Positions 1-9,929 of a stretch of 64,000 bases of DNA are shown here, piece by piece. Every line of letters begins with the position of its first letter. Position 1 is the stretch's first letter. Source of the DNA: Candidatus Bathyarchaeota archaeon B24. GTDB lineage: Archaea > Thermoproteota > CALKCG01 > B24. A model generated the notes under the pieces. It searched no databases. It had not been told where the DNA came from and was given only the letters and a program-made list of their open reading frames with translations. A program made the translations under genes and the position numbers. Location of the stretch: NCBI GenBank assembly GCA_001593865.1, contig LUCB01000012.1, positions 2,485 to 66,484 of the forward strand, given 5' to 3'.

Positions 1-408
1 GCGTATACTGTGAGGCATGTGATACGTCTGGGTTTTGCCCCCTACAAGTCGATATTTGAATCCTTAACCGAAGATGAAGATAAGAGGATCCGATGGGTCT
101 CCGAGCTTCTTGAGATCGAGGATCTCCTTGATAGACCCATAGGGACTTTGAGCGGGGGTCAGCAGCAGAGAGCCGTCATCGCCCGCGCCCTCGTTAGGAA
201 GCCTAAGGCGCTTTTTCTGGATGAGCCTTTCTCCAGCCTCGACAAGGAGGGTAGGAGGTTGGTCTCAAGCGTCGTCAGGGATTATGTGAACACCGAGAAC
301 GCCTCTGTGGTCATAGTTAGCCATGATGTAAACCCGATAATCGATTATGCCGACATCGTCGTTAAGATGGAGAATGGCAGGATAGTCTCAGGTGAAGACT
401 ATGCTTGA
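1..408 (+). CDS. Metal (Zn/Mn-type) ABC transporter ATP-binding protein, 5'-truncated by the window edge
   Basis: LSGGQQQR signature, Walker B LFLDEP, H-loop SHD; overlaps the permease gene. Confidence 0.85.
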   Translation, partial: AYTVRHVIRLGFAPYKSIFESLTEDEDKRIRWVSELLEIEDLLDRPIGTLSGGQQQRAVIARALVRKPKALFLDEPFSSLDKEGRRLVSSVVRDYVNTENASVVIVSHDVNPIIDYADIVVKMENGRIVSGEDYA

Positions 409-1240
409 ATTCCTCGGTTTAGCCATATCGGCAGCTGTCCTCAGCGGAAATCTATGCGGCGCGATAGGCTTCTACGTGCAGAGGCTTAAGATCACGACTT
501 TAAGCTTCAGCGTCGCTCACGCCGCATTAGCAGGCGCATCTATAGGCTTAATTCTAAACATTGATCCAGTTTACTCGGCTATGATCACCGCGGTGGCTTC
601 AGCCCTGTTCTTAGGCATAGTCTTTACGAGGATTGAGTATGGTAGGGAGTTGATCAGCATGGCCGTTTTCTCAGTCTCATCGGCGGTAGCGATCTTCGCT
701 ATATATCTGTCTAATGTGAGGGTTTTAGCTACCGTCTCGATAGCCGTGGTTTTATGGGGAAGCCTACTAGCTATCACCGTTGAGAAGCTAATACTCCTCC
801 TGCTCATACTGTTCATATTTGTGCTGTATATTCTCGCTTACAGGATCCAGATAGACTCTATGCTCTACGACGTTAAGATGGCTGAGGCTGAGGGGGTTAA
901 CGTTCAGATGCACATGCTGATAATGCTGTTCTTCGCCGGGCTGATAATATCTTCATCGCTGAGGCTCACAGGTGGATTCTTAGTCTTCACGCTTCTATAC
1001 AATCCCGTGGCAACATCGTTCCAGATATCCAGAAGAGCTCATATGCAGCTGTTGGCGTCTTCGATTTTAGGAGCGGTCTCGGCTTCCTCCGGGCTTATGG
1101 TGAGTTATATCCTCGATTGGCCCGTCGGGGCGACGATAGCGATCGTATCATCCATCATCCTCTTGTTAGCCTATACGGCGAAGATTATTGCTGAAGCTGT
1201 TAGGAGGAGATGCTTAAGTCGACCTTATAGACTCGGTTAA
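401..1240 (+). CDS. Metal ABC transporter permease (ZnuB/ABC-3 family)
   Basis: Highly hydrophobic; SVAHAALAG and AEAEGVNV motifs; ATG at 401 follows an AGGTGA SD. Confidence 0.85.
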   Translation: MLEFLGLAISAAVLSGNLCGAIGFYVQRLKITTLSFSVAHAALAGASIGLILNIDPVYSAMITAVASALFLGIVFTRIEYGRELISMAVFSVSSAVAIFAIYLSNVRVLATVSIAVVLWGSLLAITVEKLILLLLILFIFVLYILAYRIQIDSMLYDVKMAEAEGVNVQMHMLIMLFFAGLIISSSLRLTGGFLVFTLLYNPVATSFQISRRAHMQLLASSILGAVSASSGLMVSYILDWPVGATIAIVSSIILLLAYTAKIIAEAVRRRCLSRPYRLG

Positions 1241-2319
1241 GACCTCTTTTTCGCTATTATCATCTTCGGGTCAAGCGGACTTTTCGCTCCCGAGATCGTG
1301 AGGCGTGAAAATTGCGAGGCATCTACCACCTTAATTACTGAGAAGTATCTCTTTAATAACTCGATGTATCCCTCAAATGGTACATCTCCCTTAAAGCTGT
1401 AGATTCTATCAGCTTTCCTCATGCCCTGGAAGGATAGTATGTTCCACCCTATATCTAACAGGGGATCCTTTGACCCCTCCCCGTCGTGATAGAAGACCTG
1501 CTTGTTTATGAATAAGCCTCCGGTCTTTAGGCTTGAGTGTATCTTTGGGATCAGCGACGGATTCTTCCCTCCAGGGATATAAGAGAGGAATACTATGTCA
1601 TATTCTGCACCTATATCATCCTTAAAAAAGTCCCCAGGGATAACCTCGACCCTTTCAGCATCGAACATCTCTATGTATCTCCTCGTACACTTGAGGACCC
1701 TTGGGAGGTCGAATACGTAAGCCTTCAGGCGTCTATTAAGTTTGGTGAATGCTATCGCATAGAGCCCGTGTCCTCCCCCGAGGTCTAGGAGCTTCCTCGC
1801 TCTCTTGAATTCTGGGAGCTCAGCGATTATTCTGACCGTCCTTTGAAGCTCGCCGCATAGCATCTCCGACGCGAGGGAGGGAACGCGTTTCTCAAAGAAG
1901 AGTTCTTCGTTTATCGGGGTGGGCTTTCCCTTCAAAGCCGCATTCAGGCTATTCCAGACCTTGAACTCCTCGTTTAGGCTCTCTATCACGTTGATTTGGG
2001 AGAGAAGCGAGTCTCTCTTCAGATATAGGCTACTCAACTCCGTATTTCTATACGCGCCCTTCACCTTATTTAAAAGACCAAGGTCGCATAAGACATCGCA
2101 TATCTTACATGCGAGTTTCACGTTTACCCCGAGCTCCCTGCTGATCTCCTCCGATGTCTTCGGCTCGTCTAGTATATCGAATAGACCCGTTTGAACGGCA
2201 ACGTAGATCGTGCGGAATATCTTATAGCCCCTTGAGCACATGTTCAGAATTTCATATAGAGGCTTAGCGTCGATGCGGGGCTCATTAATTAGTAGCTCAT
2301 CAACCGGGGTTTTTGTCAT
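1237..2319 (-). CDS. SAM-dependent methyltransferase (O-methyltransferase family 2, N-terminal dimerisation domain)
   Basis: LLDLGGGHG motif I, VFDLP, GDFF motifs. Confidence 0.85.
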   Translation of the reverse strand: MTKTPVDELLINEPRIDAKPLYEILNMCSRGYKIFRTIYVAVQTGLFDILDEPKTSEEISRELGVNVKLACKICDVLCDLGLLNKVKGAYRNTELSSLYLKRDSLLSQINVIESLNEEFKVWNSLNAALKGKPTPINEELFFEKRVPSLASEMLCGELQRTVRIIAELPEFKRARKLLDLGGGHGLYAIAFTKLNRRLKAYVFDLPRVLKCTRRYIEMFDAERVEVIPGDFFKDDIGAEYDIVFLSYIPGGKNPSLIPKIHSSLKTGGLFINKQVFYHDGEGSKDPLLDIGWNILSFQGMRKADRIYSFKGDVPFEGYIELLKRYFSVIKVVDASQFSRLTISGAKSPLDPKMIIAKKRS

Positions 2320-2555
2320 GTCAAACCGATTAAATTGTGTATGACAGAAAAATATTACTATTATGCTTAATCATAATACTTAAGGGCGGGTCTCCATACA
2401 AACGGACATGTTCCCTGCGACGCCACACTGTCGATGCGCGTTTTTCAGACGTTAACGCGTATCTATAAGCATCAGGCATCCGGAATCCCGCTCAGGGAAG
2501 GGACTTAAATATTAGCTGGATTTACAGAGGAGGCATAGAGCTGTAGGCTTTTTAA

Positions 2556-2630
2556 TGGACCGGGCGGGATTCGAACCCGCGACCTCCCGGGTGCAAACCG
2601 GGTATTCATACCAGGCTGAACTACCGGCCC
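2556..2630 (-). tRNA. tRNA-Ala(TGC), intronless
   Basis: Reverse complement GGGCCGGTAGTTCAGCCTGG...CCCGG-TTTGCAC-CCGGG...GGTTCGAATCCCGCCCGGTCCA; cloverleaf with G3:U70; CCA not encoded. Confidence 0.97.
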
Positions 2631-2732
2631 CCTCGACGTTATTAGTCGAAATACCGGTTTGATAAGGTTTTACTTGGCCTCTGGCTGTGTGAAAGCTTTA
2701 AGCCTATCCTAGGTTTATGGTTTATCAGGGAG

Positions 2733-4730
2733 TTGACCGTAGCGGGGAGAAATCGTTTAAAGATTAAGAGGGTCATAAGTTTACTGCTGGTGGTTGCTAT
2801 AGCCTATTTGGTAGGTTATCTCTCATATACGAACCTGGTCACACGTCAGCCAGGCGGAAACACGGAGCCCTTCGTCGTGTGGCCTGGTAAACCTCTCGAG
2901 AGGATCTACAAGGATACCGTCCCAGACGAGCGGCGTGTGGGCCAGCCCCTAGAGGTCTGGTGTGCGAGGAACGAGTATGAGGGATGCGTTTTCGGGGTAA
3001 GGGCTAATGTGGACGTTCACGGGCTCAGGCTAGAGGCGACGGACCTGGTATCCGAAAACGGACGCATATCCAAGGAGAACATTCGGCTTAGCTTCATAGG
3101 GTTTATACCCGTCCCCAAGAACACGCCCGACACGCCTGAGGAGGAGCTTGAGAGGATAGCTCCGTTCGACGCCCCAGACCCGCTTCTAGACGTAGAGACC
3201 TTAGATGTGAAAGGTGGTGAAACCCAGCCCTGCTACTTCCTAGTATACGTGCCTAAAGACGTCGAGCCCGGTGAGTACCGTGGAAACGTAACGGTCTCGT
3301 CCCGGGAGGGAGAGGCTTCTTTAGAAGTCGTCGTGCACGTGTATCCGATCACGCTACCAGACCGTAGAAGCCTCTACGTTACCAACTGGTTCTCCCTCGA
3401 CAGGATAGCGTCGGCCTACCACGTTCAGCTTTGGTCTGAAGACTTCTGGACGGTCTTCGAGAAGTGGATAGCCATGATGGCTGAATACCGTCAGAACGTC
3501 TTCTGGGTACCCATAGATACGGTTAAGGTCTCGGCTGGGGAAGACGGCTACAGCTTCGACTTCTCGAGGTTCGACCGGTACGTCGAACTCCTATTCAAAT
3601 ACGGCGCGGATAGGATCGAGATAACCCACGTAGCCGGTTTCAAAAAGTGGGGAAGCGCCGAGATAGCCCTAAGAGGATTCGAAGTAACCTACCCTGGAGG
3701 CGTCACGAAGACCGAGGACGGGTCTAAAATACTACCCCACCTTCTCCCCGCTTTAGAGCGGCATCTAGAGGCGAAAGGCTGGCTCGACAAGGCGATGATA
3801 CACATAGCCGACGAGCCTACGGAGGACGGCTTAGAGGCTTGGATCAACGTCTCCAAGCTCGTCCATGAGTACGCCCCTAGGGTCAGGAGGATCGACGCTA
3901 TCGAAACCGTCGGGTTCGAGGGCTATCTAGAGGTTTGGGTTCCGACTCTCCAGCACTTCGACGACTGGATGGATGAATACGTTAAGGCCATGGAGGAGGG
4001 CTACGAAGTCTGGTTCTACACCTGCTGCAACCCCACAGGCCGGTATCCGAACAGGTTCCTCGACTATTCTCTCCTGAAGACTAGGATTCTCCACTGGATA
4101 AACTACGCCTACGGCTTGAAGGGGTATCTGCACTGGGGCTTCAACTGGTGGGGTGAAGACCCGTTCGGCGAGCCGAACCCGAAGCTGCCGCCTGGTGATA
4201 CGCACATATCCTATCCTGGGGAAAAAGGCCCCATACCCAGTCTAAGGCTCGAGGCTATGCGTGACGGGCTTGAAGACTACGAGTACCTCAAGCTTCTGGA
4301 GGAGGAGATCGTAAACGTCAAGCATAGGCTTGGTGGGAGGGCTCTCGCCCTACCGTTCGAGAGGAGGGCTCTTGAAATATGTAGACGAGCCGTACCTAGC
4401 ATCACCGACTACACGAGAGACGCCGACTTCCTCATGAAGGTCAGAGACGACATAGTGAAGGAGATCCTAGAGGTTCGAAGCCGACCTCTGGCTCTGGTTT
4501 TGACTGTACCCCCGGAGTGGAAGCCCATCGTCAGAGGACCGTTCATGATCATAGTGAGAGGTGTATGCGAAAACGGCTCGTATGTCGAGGTGCAGGGTAA
4601 GCAGGTCGAGGTACGCGACGGATACTTCTCCACGTACACGTATCCCACACGCGACGGGGAAATAGTAATCAAGATAGTTAAAGACGGGCAGGAGAAGATA
4701 ATACGTAGAAAGTTTAAACTGGTCTTCTAA
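2733..4730 (+). CDS. Membrane-anchored glycoside hydrolase, GH123-like / DUF4091 domain
   Basis: N-terminal TM helix; ARNEYE, IADEP, WFYTC, GYLHWGFNWW and SLRLEAMRDGLEDYEYL motifs. Confidence 0.75.
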   Translation: MTVAGRNRLKIKRVISLLLVVAIAYLVGYLSYTNLVTRQPGGNTEPFVVWPGKPLERIYKDTVPDERRVGQPLEVWCARNEYEGCVFGVRANVDVHGLRLEATDLVSENGRISKENIRLSFIGFIPVPKNTPDTPEEELERIAPFDAPDPLLDVETLDVKGGETQPCYFLVYVPKDVEPGEYRGNVTVSSREGEASLEVVVHVYPITLPDRRSLYVTNWFSLDRIASAYHVQLWSEDFWTVFEKWIAMMAEYRQNVFWVPIDTVKVSAGEDGYSFDFSRFDRYVELLFKYGADRIEITHVAGFKKWGSAEIALRGFEVTYPGGVTKTEDGSKILPHLLPALERHLEAKGWLDKAMIHIADEPTEDGLEAWINVSKLVHEYAPRVRRIDAIETVGFEGYLEVWVPTLQHFDDWMDEYVKAMEEGYEVWFYTCCNPTGRYPNRFLDYSLLKTRILHWINYAYGLKGYLHWGFNWWGEDPFGEPNPKLPPGDTHISYPGEKGPIPSLRLEAMRDGLEDYEYLKLLEEEIVNVKHRLGGRALALPFERRALEICRRAVPSITDYTRDADFLMKVRDDIVKEILEVRSRPLALVLTVPPEWKPIVRGPFMIIVRGVCENGSYVEVQGKQVEVRDGYFSTYTYPTRDGEIVIKIVKDGQEKIIRRKFKLVF

Positions 4731-4916
4731 CCCCCTGCACTTTTTACCTAAAGGGGATGGTTGGAAGTCTCCGTCGGATGACATTCGCTCATGATTCTCA
4801 GCCGGGAGTATTCTTCATCGACTTCCAACCATGAAGCTATACGATTAAACCGGGTTTAAAGGGTTTCTCTGGGTGAGATAAGCTCTTAAACCCCTAGCCT
4901 ATATGGGTTTATCCTA

Positions 4917-5699
4917 ATGACGTTTCCAGTGTTGTCTGGCGCCTCAAGGTCGAGAAAGATAGGGTTAGCTGCCTCCTTCTCCGCCCTCTACGGTCTCTTC
5001 AGAGTCGCACCGACTTTCCCTATAGTAGGCTTATCGGGAGCATACTTCCCGCTATCAGACGTTTTACCCCCGGTATACGGGCTTCTCTTAGGCCCAGAGT
5101 TAGGGTTCATAGTGGTGTTCACCGGGACACTCCTAGCCCTACTGCTCGGCAAGCCCCCCATCTTCCTAGGCCTAGACTTCATCCCTGCATCCATGAACAC
5201 CGTCGTAGTCGGTCTCGCCGCTGAGGGGATGTTCCTCAGGGCAGCCCTCCTATACGCGGTTGTTTTAGCCGTATTCATCATCCACCCCGCGTCCCCAAGG
5301 ATGGTAGACGTTCCTCTAAGCTCTCTGACTCTACCCATACCGTTCCACTGGATGCATCTACTAACCATACTCATAGCGACACCGCCGGTCAGTAAACGGT
5401 TAGCCAGATGGCTTAACCCGGTGGGCGAGTCTCCGAAGTCTTTTCTCTCGCTCTTCAGCCTATCTCTTTTAGGAACCCTATGCCAACACTCCTCCGGAAG
5501 CGTACTGTGGGAGACCATATACGGATACGTGTTAAACGCGTTAACGCCTGAAGAGTTTAAGACCATATGGTCCACGGTGTTCTGGCTCTACCCGGCCGAG
5601 AGAATACTATTGGCGTTAACCTCGACAGTCTTAGGGATCTCCATATTGAAGATTCTAACCAAGCTCCAGGGTAACGTATCTAACCCTCCTCCCCGATGA
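4917..5699 (+). CDS. Integral membrane protein, ECF transporter S-component-like
   Basis: Multi-TM; GLLLGPELG motif and C-terminal YPAERI. Confidence 0.55.
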   Translation: MTFPVLSGASRSRKIGLAASFSALYGLFRVAPTFPIVGLSGAYFPLSDVLPPVYGLLLGPELGFIVVFTGTLLALLLGKPPIFLGLDFIPASMNTVVVGLAAEGMFLRAALLYAVVLAVFIIHPASPRMVDVPLSSLTLPIPFHWMHLLTILIATPPVSKRLARWLNPVGESPKSFLSLFSLSLLGTLCQHSSGSVLWETIYGYVLNALTPEEFKTIWSTVFWLYPAERILLALTSTVLGISILKILTKLQGNVSNPPPR

Positions 5700-6750
5700 G
5701 CTTCGCCTCGATTATGTTCGCGAACGCTATCACACCGGCCGTTAAAGCGTAGTCCGTGGCTATGGTCACGCCTGGACAGAGGTCGACCACGAGGTCGGCG
5801 AACCGGTAGATTCCAAGGGGAATCCCCACCCTCGAGCCTACCATGACGTTAACCCTTCTACGGGCCTGTAGAAGCTTATAGATCTCGTCTGCAACCTTCG
5901 GCACCGGCTCACCCTCCGGCTCGAACACTATGATCGGCTCCCTCCTCCTCTCCCTAACGAAACCGTAGATATCTTGGAGATGCACCTGCACCTTGTGCAC
6001 ATCCCTACCGTATGCGCGTTTCTGAATCTCGAAGCGGCTTCTAATGCCCTCGAAGACGCCGTTTAAGAAGTGTCTTAAACTGTCGGCATCCGTAAGCCCG
6101 ACCGGAGTTACGACAAGCTCTTTAACCTCGAAGGTCTGAGCCTCCCTACCGACCCTGACCCCCATCTCCCTAGACGCGTTGGGAGGTCCTAGGTACGGTA
6201 TGTGGGCGACAGCGACCTTCCGTATGAAATCTAACACAGCTGGCTTCCCGGGTCTAAGCTTCCTCCACTCCATCCTACCGTCTAAAAGGCTTACGGCCGC
6301 ATGATCCCCTAGTATCTCGACCTGAACTATCTTGTCTGGGTATCTCAGGTTTACCGACGCGCCTGTAACCTCCTTAACCACAGCACCTGCCCTGATGTTA
6401 ACGTCTACGCTCGTATAGCCTCGTCTTCCTCTTCTAACGGTTCTGACGGCGAAGCTCTCGTCAGCCCCTATACGGCCGTCTACGACTCTCTTGGCAGCCT
6501 CTACGATGCTATCTATATCCGACGGAACCCACTCCTCGACGGGTATAACCCTCTCAGCCTCCGGGACCTCGCTTCTGATCCTATCCACCACCTCGCTCCT
6601 TTCACCGTCGCCACAGACCAGTACAATACCTGGATAGCCGTTGGGTTTAGCCACACACCTGACACCCACGGTCTCCTCTATAACCGAAGCAGCGACCTCC
6701 TCCATACCGAGGACTGTTTTAACTATGGCTAAAACCCTCTCGCAAGGCAT
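5680..6750 (-). CDS. THUMP-domain + SPOUT-family RNA methyltransferase
   Basis: THUMP SFAVRTVRRG...VNLRYPD; C-terminal GSRVGIPLG...DLCPGVTIAT SPOUT knot. Confidence 0.75.
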   Translation of the reverse strand: MPCERVLAIVKTVLGMEEVAASVIEETVGVRCVAKPNGYPGIVLVCGDGERSEVVDRIRSEVPEAERVIPVEEWVPSDIDSIVEAAKRVVDGRIGADESFAVRTVRRGRRGYTSVDVNIRAGAVVKEVTGASVNLRYPDKIVQVEILGDHAAVSLLDGRMEWRKLRPGKPAVLDFIRKVAVAHIPYLGPPNASREMGVRVGREAQTFEVKELVVTPVGLTDADSLRHFLNGVFEGIRSRFEIQKRAYGRDVHKVQVHLQDIYGFVRERRREPIIVFEPEGEPVPKVADEIYKLLQARRRVNVMVGSRVGIPLGIYRFADLVVDLCPGVTIATDYALTAGVIAFANIIEAKLIGEEG

Positions 6751-6769
6751 GAAACCCCCTCCCGAGGTT

Positions 6770-8095
6770 TCAGGGTATATGCCAAGGCTCGACAAACCCG
6801 TATCTCATACCTTTCTTCTCCTGCCCGTATCTCGAATACGGTTTGGTCAGGTGGCGGTGAGCCCTAGGAGGCGGTATGTATAAACCTGGCTTAACATCTC
6901 TAGGCAGCTCGACCTCGAGTTTACGGGCCTTAGGGTCTCTAAACCCGCATTTCCTACACCTAAACCCTTTACCACGTCCCATCGACTTCATGGTCGATAG
7001 GCATTTAGGACACTTCGGGTTCCTATACTCGACTTTTTTAGCGAGCTCGACTATCCTAAGCTTCTCGAGGTTCACGGTTAAACCACTATCTAACGGCCGG
7101 ACCCCTCCGTATACCTCGACGACGTCTCCAGGTATGAGCTTCCTAGCGATGTCTCTAAACCCGCCTGTAGGCTCGTAAGCCGCGCAGTCGAAAACCTCGC
7201 CCTTAAACGATACCCTGAATATCACGTGGCCACCCGGTATCGTGTATGGCTTGCTGTAAACCACCGCCCTGAAGGCCACAGCCCTATACGGCTTAACCTC
7301 GCCGGGCTCGTCTATCCACCTCAGGTGGCTATCCGTACCCTGGTTCGACCTGAATATCACCCAACGCTCTATAGGCTCTCCGACTTTCACGATCTTCATA
7401 GCCTTTAGGAGCGTATAGGGATCCTCCCCCCTTATACCATATAGAACAGGGTCCGGTCCTCTAGGCGTTATCAACACCCGCCCGGTCTCCGGGTCTAGGT
7501 TGTCGAACGTCCTGGGTCTAGTCGCCCTATCCATCTCAGCGACGCTCTCTTCCGAAACCATCCTAGGCTTACCCCTATACTCGACGACCCTGTAGGTTAA
7601 CAACTCATACGTGTGGTCGCCCGTAAGCTCCTCGCCCACGGCCGCCATGGCGCCGACGACGCCTCGGAAATCGCCGTAGGCGAAGACCTCCATCCCGCAT
7701 CTACCGGCTACCTTTAAAGCATAACCGACGTCGACGACATCATAGAGTGCTCTCCGGGATAATGCCTTAACCTCCTCCGGAACAGGGCCGGTCAGAAATA
7801 CGACGGCGGGGTCAACATACTCGATTCCTAGCTGAGAGTTCTCCTCGACGGTTCTAAGGACCTCGCTTCTAATCCTATCGACGAGCTGAGGCTCAACCTT
7901 GATTCTCAGGGCTATTGCACCGTTCCCACGGGTCTTCCAAGGAATATTGGGGTTAAGCCTGATGAGGTTCGGATAGTCTAGGAACTCTACGCCAAGCTTG
8001 CTGAGCCTCTCGACTAGGAGCGCCGCCACGTAGGTTGTGCAGCCTCCCTGCATCGAATCTGTATCGTCGATCCCCACGTGTAAGGTCAAAGCCAT
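6770..8095 (-). CDS. tiaS: tRNA(Ile2) agmatinylcytidine synthetase
   Basis: GIDDTDS..GGCTT, RLNPNIPWKTRGNGA, OB fold, C-terminal CxxC...CxxC zinc ribbon. Confidence 0.95.
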   Translation of the reverse strand: MALTLHVGIDDTDSMQGGCTTYVAALLVERLSKLGVEFLDYPNLIRLNPNIPWKTRGNGAIALRIKVEPQLVDRIRSEVLRTVEENSQLGIEYVDPAVVFLTGPVPEEVKALSRRALYDVVDVGYALKVAGRCGMEVFAYGDFRGVVGAMAAVGEELTGDHTYELLTYRVVEYRGKPRMVSEESVAEMDRATRPRTFDNLDPETGRVLITPRGPDPVLYGIRGEDPYTLLKAMKIVKVGEPIERWVIFRSNQGTDSHLRWIDEPGEVKPYRAVAFRAVVYSKPYTIPGGHVIFRVSFKGEVFDCAAYEPTGGFRDIARKLIPGDVVEVYGGVRPLDSGLTVNLEKLRIVELAKKVEYRNPKCPKCLSTMKSMGRGKGFRCRKCGFRDPKARKLEVELPRDVKPGLYIPPPRAHRHLTKPYSRYGQEKKGMRYGFVEPWHIP

Positions 8096-8263
8096 GGCAT
8101 ACCCTCAGCCCACAGCCTAAATTTGGAGAGAAACACTGTTAGAATGTGAACCCCCTCAGATTAATACTTTCCCTCTTATCAAGAGTTAAGGTTAACAGGA
8201 AGAGTGTGGCGCCTACAACCTACCTAAAAAATCTTATAAACGGTGAAAATATGTAAATTACCT

Positions 8264-9025
8264 ATGGGGTTTGAAGAGCTTAAAGCGGAAAAGCTTGCAG
8301 AAGCGATATCTGTCGCCGAAGAATTTGCGTCGAAGTTAAAACGGAAAGGAGTTGTTGGAATCGTATTCTTAGGTGGAATCGCAAGAGGTTATTTCGATAA
8401 GTTTTCAGACATCGACATCATCATTTTTAAAGAGAAAAAGGCTGAGTTAGGGATGAGGCGCGAAGATGAAATCGAGTTCAAAGGATTTAAGATCGACTAT
8501 GAGATTACAAACTATGAGGATAAGCTGAAATCTGAATGGGACATTGTGGAAAGGTGGGCTTTCTCTAAAGCAAAGGTCTTTTATGATCCACAGGGTAAAA
8601 TCAAAGCTTTGATCGATATGAAAGTCCGTCTTAAGGAAGAAGAGAGAAGATGGATGATAATAGAAGGTATGACCCAGTCTGAGTGGTATTGTAACTACTG
8701 TTCAGAATCTTGGATTTACAGAAATGATGTCCTGAGTGCGCATCGCTCCATCAATCTTGCCTTAGAATATTTGATGAAAGCTCTCTTTGGATTAAATAAT
8801 CAACTTCTTCCTAGTGAAAAGTGGTTAATGTACTTGGTGCAAAGGTTAAAATGGTTACCAAGGGGTTTTAATGAAAAATTAAAAGAAATACTTCTTATCA
8901 GAGAGTTCTCTATCAAAGAGCTTCAAAGACGTAGGAATGCGTTAAATTATCTTTGGAAGCAAATGCTACCAAGAGCTGAAAAGGAGGTTGGAATGAGATT
9001 TGATGAATTTAAAAGATTGGTATGA
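8264..9025 (+). CDS. Nucleotidyltransferase-domain protein with helical C-terminal (DUF4037/HEPN-like) domain
   Basis: GGIARGYFDKFSDID Pol-beta motif; visibly AT-rich relative to flanks. Confidence 0.7.
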   Translation: MGFEELKAEKLAEAISVAEEFASKLKRKGVVGIVFLGGIARGYFDKFSDIDIIIFKEKKAELGMRREDEIEFKGFKIDYEITNYEDKLKSEWDIVERWAFSKAKVFYDPQGKIKALIDMKVRLKEEERRWMIIEGMTQSEWYCNYCSESWIYRNDVLSAHRSINLALEYLMKALFGLNNQLLPSEKWLMYLVQRLKWLPRGFNEKLKEILLIREFSIKELQRRRNALNYLWKQMLPRAEKEVGMRFDEFKRLV

Positions 9026-9103
9026 ATAAAAATCCAGGTAAGCTTCTGTGTTCAATAGCGCTCGTCTCCCCTCCGAAGTCAGAGAATTCTCTTAGTAGTG
9101 CTG

Positions 9104-9511
9104 TCATGAACTGGCTGTTCTCTTCGGTAAAATTATTTTGTCCCCCTCTACTCGTCCCCCATCTCTAGTGAGCCTCCTTCTAAGCTCGGATAAGTGCCGC
9201 TTAATATTCAACTTGTCCAGTATGACATGCCCGGTCATCACGGCTGAGAAGACGAGAGGGGAACGGTAAACCTCTTCATCGAGTTCCCGAACATCGACGT
9301 TGAACACGTTCACGATCAATCCCCTACCCTCCACCGGTGTACCCTTGTGGATAGCCAGTAGGTCGTAGTCGCTCAATATGTTATAATCGCCTCTAGCCCT
9401 CGAGCCGAACAATAAAAGGGTGACCTCTAGCTTAGAGGCCTCATCTAAAACTTCTCTGAATAGAGCCTCTCCCCTAGACTTCAGCCTCTCTAAAAGCACG
9501 GCTACACTCAT
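9104..9511 (-). CDS. Minimal nucleotidyltransferase (MNT), putative antitoxin
   Basis: FGSRARGD...SDYDL motif; overlaps the HEPN gene. Confidence 0.85.
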   Translation of the reverse strand: MSVAVLLERLKSRGEALFREVLDEASKLEVTLLLFGSRARGDYNILSDYDLLAIHKGTPVEGRGLIVNVFNVDVRELDEEVYRSPLVFSAVMTGHVILDKLNIKRHLSELRRRLTRDGGRVEGDKIILPKRTASS

Positions 9512-9866
9512 TGAAAACAACCTCCGCGGTTTTATAGGCCTCCTCAGCCTCTCTCAGCGTGTATGAGCTGACCCTAGCGTTGGGATACCTAGCCTGAACG
9601 TAGTGGTCTTCCAGCCTCCTAAGCTTATCCTCTTCGGGAAGATTAAGGTTCACAAGATTCTTAGCCTCTGAGGCCAGCCTAGTCAACGAGTGAGTGATCA
9701 GGTGTATCCCCGCCAGCCCTATCAAAAGGGCTTTAAATGCGAGTTCCGCCGCTTGCTGCGAATGAAAGCAGCTTAAAGCATAAAACCCGTGCTCTAAAGC
9801 CAGTTTAGCTAGTTTCAGATTCTCCTCGGCCTTATTCAGCCATCTGAACCCCATAGACCTAGCCAT
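9474..9866 (-). CDS. HEPN domain protein
   Basis: CFHSQQAAELAFKA, THSL, YVQARYP motifs. Confidence 0.88.
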   Translation of the reverse strand: MARSMGFRWLNKAEENLKLAKLALEHGFYALSCFHSQQAAELAFKALLIGLAGIHLITHSLTRLASEAKNLVNLNLPEEDKLRRLEDHYVQARYPNARVSSYTLREAEEAYKTAEVVFNECSRAFREAEV

Positions 9867-9929
9867 CTGATTATGTTAAACCGTTACGGATGTTAAAAAA
9901 CTTCCCTTGTAATAAAATTAGAGATGCCG

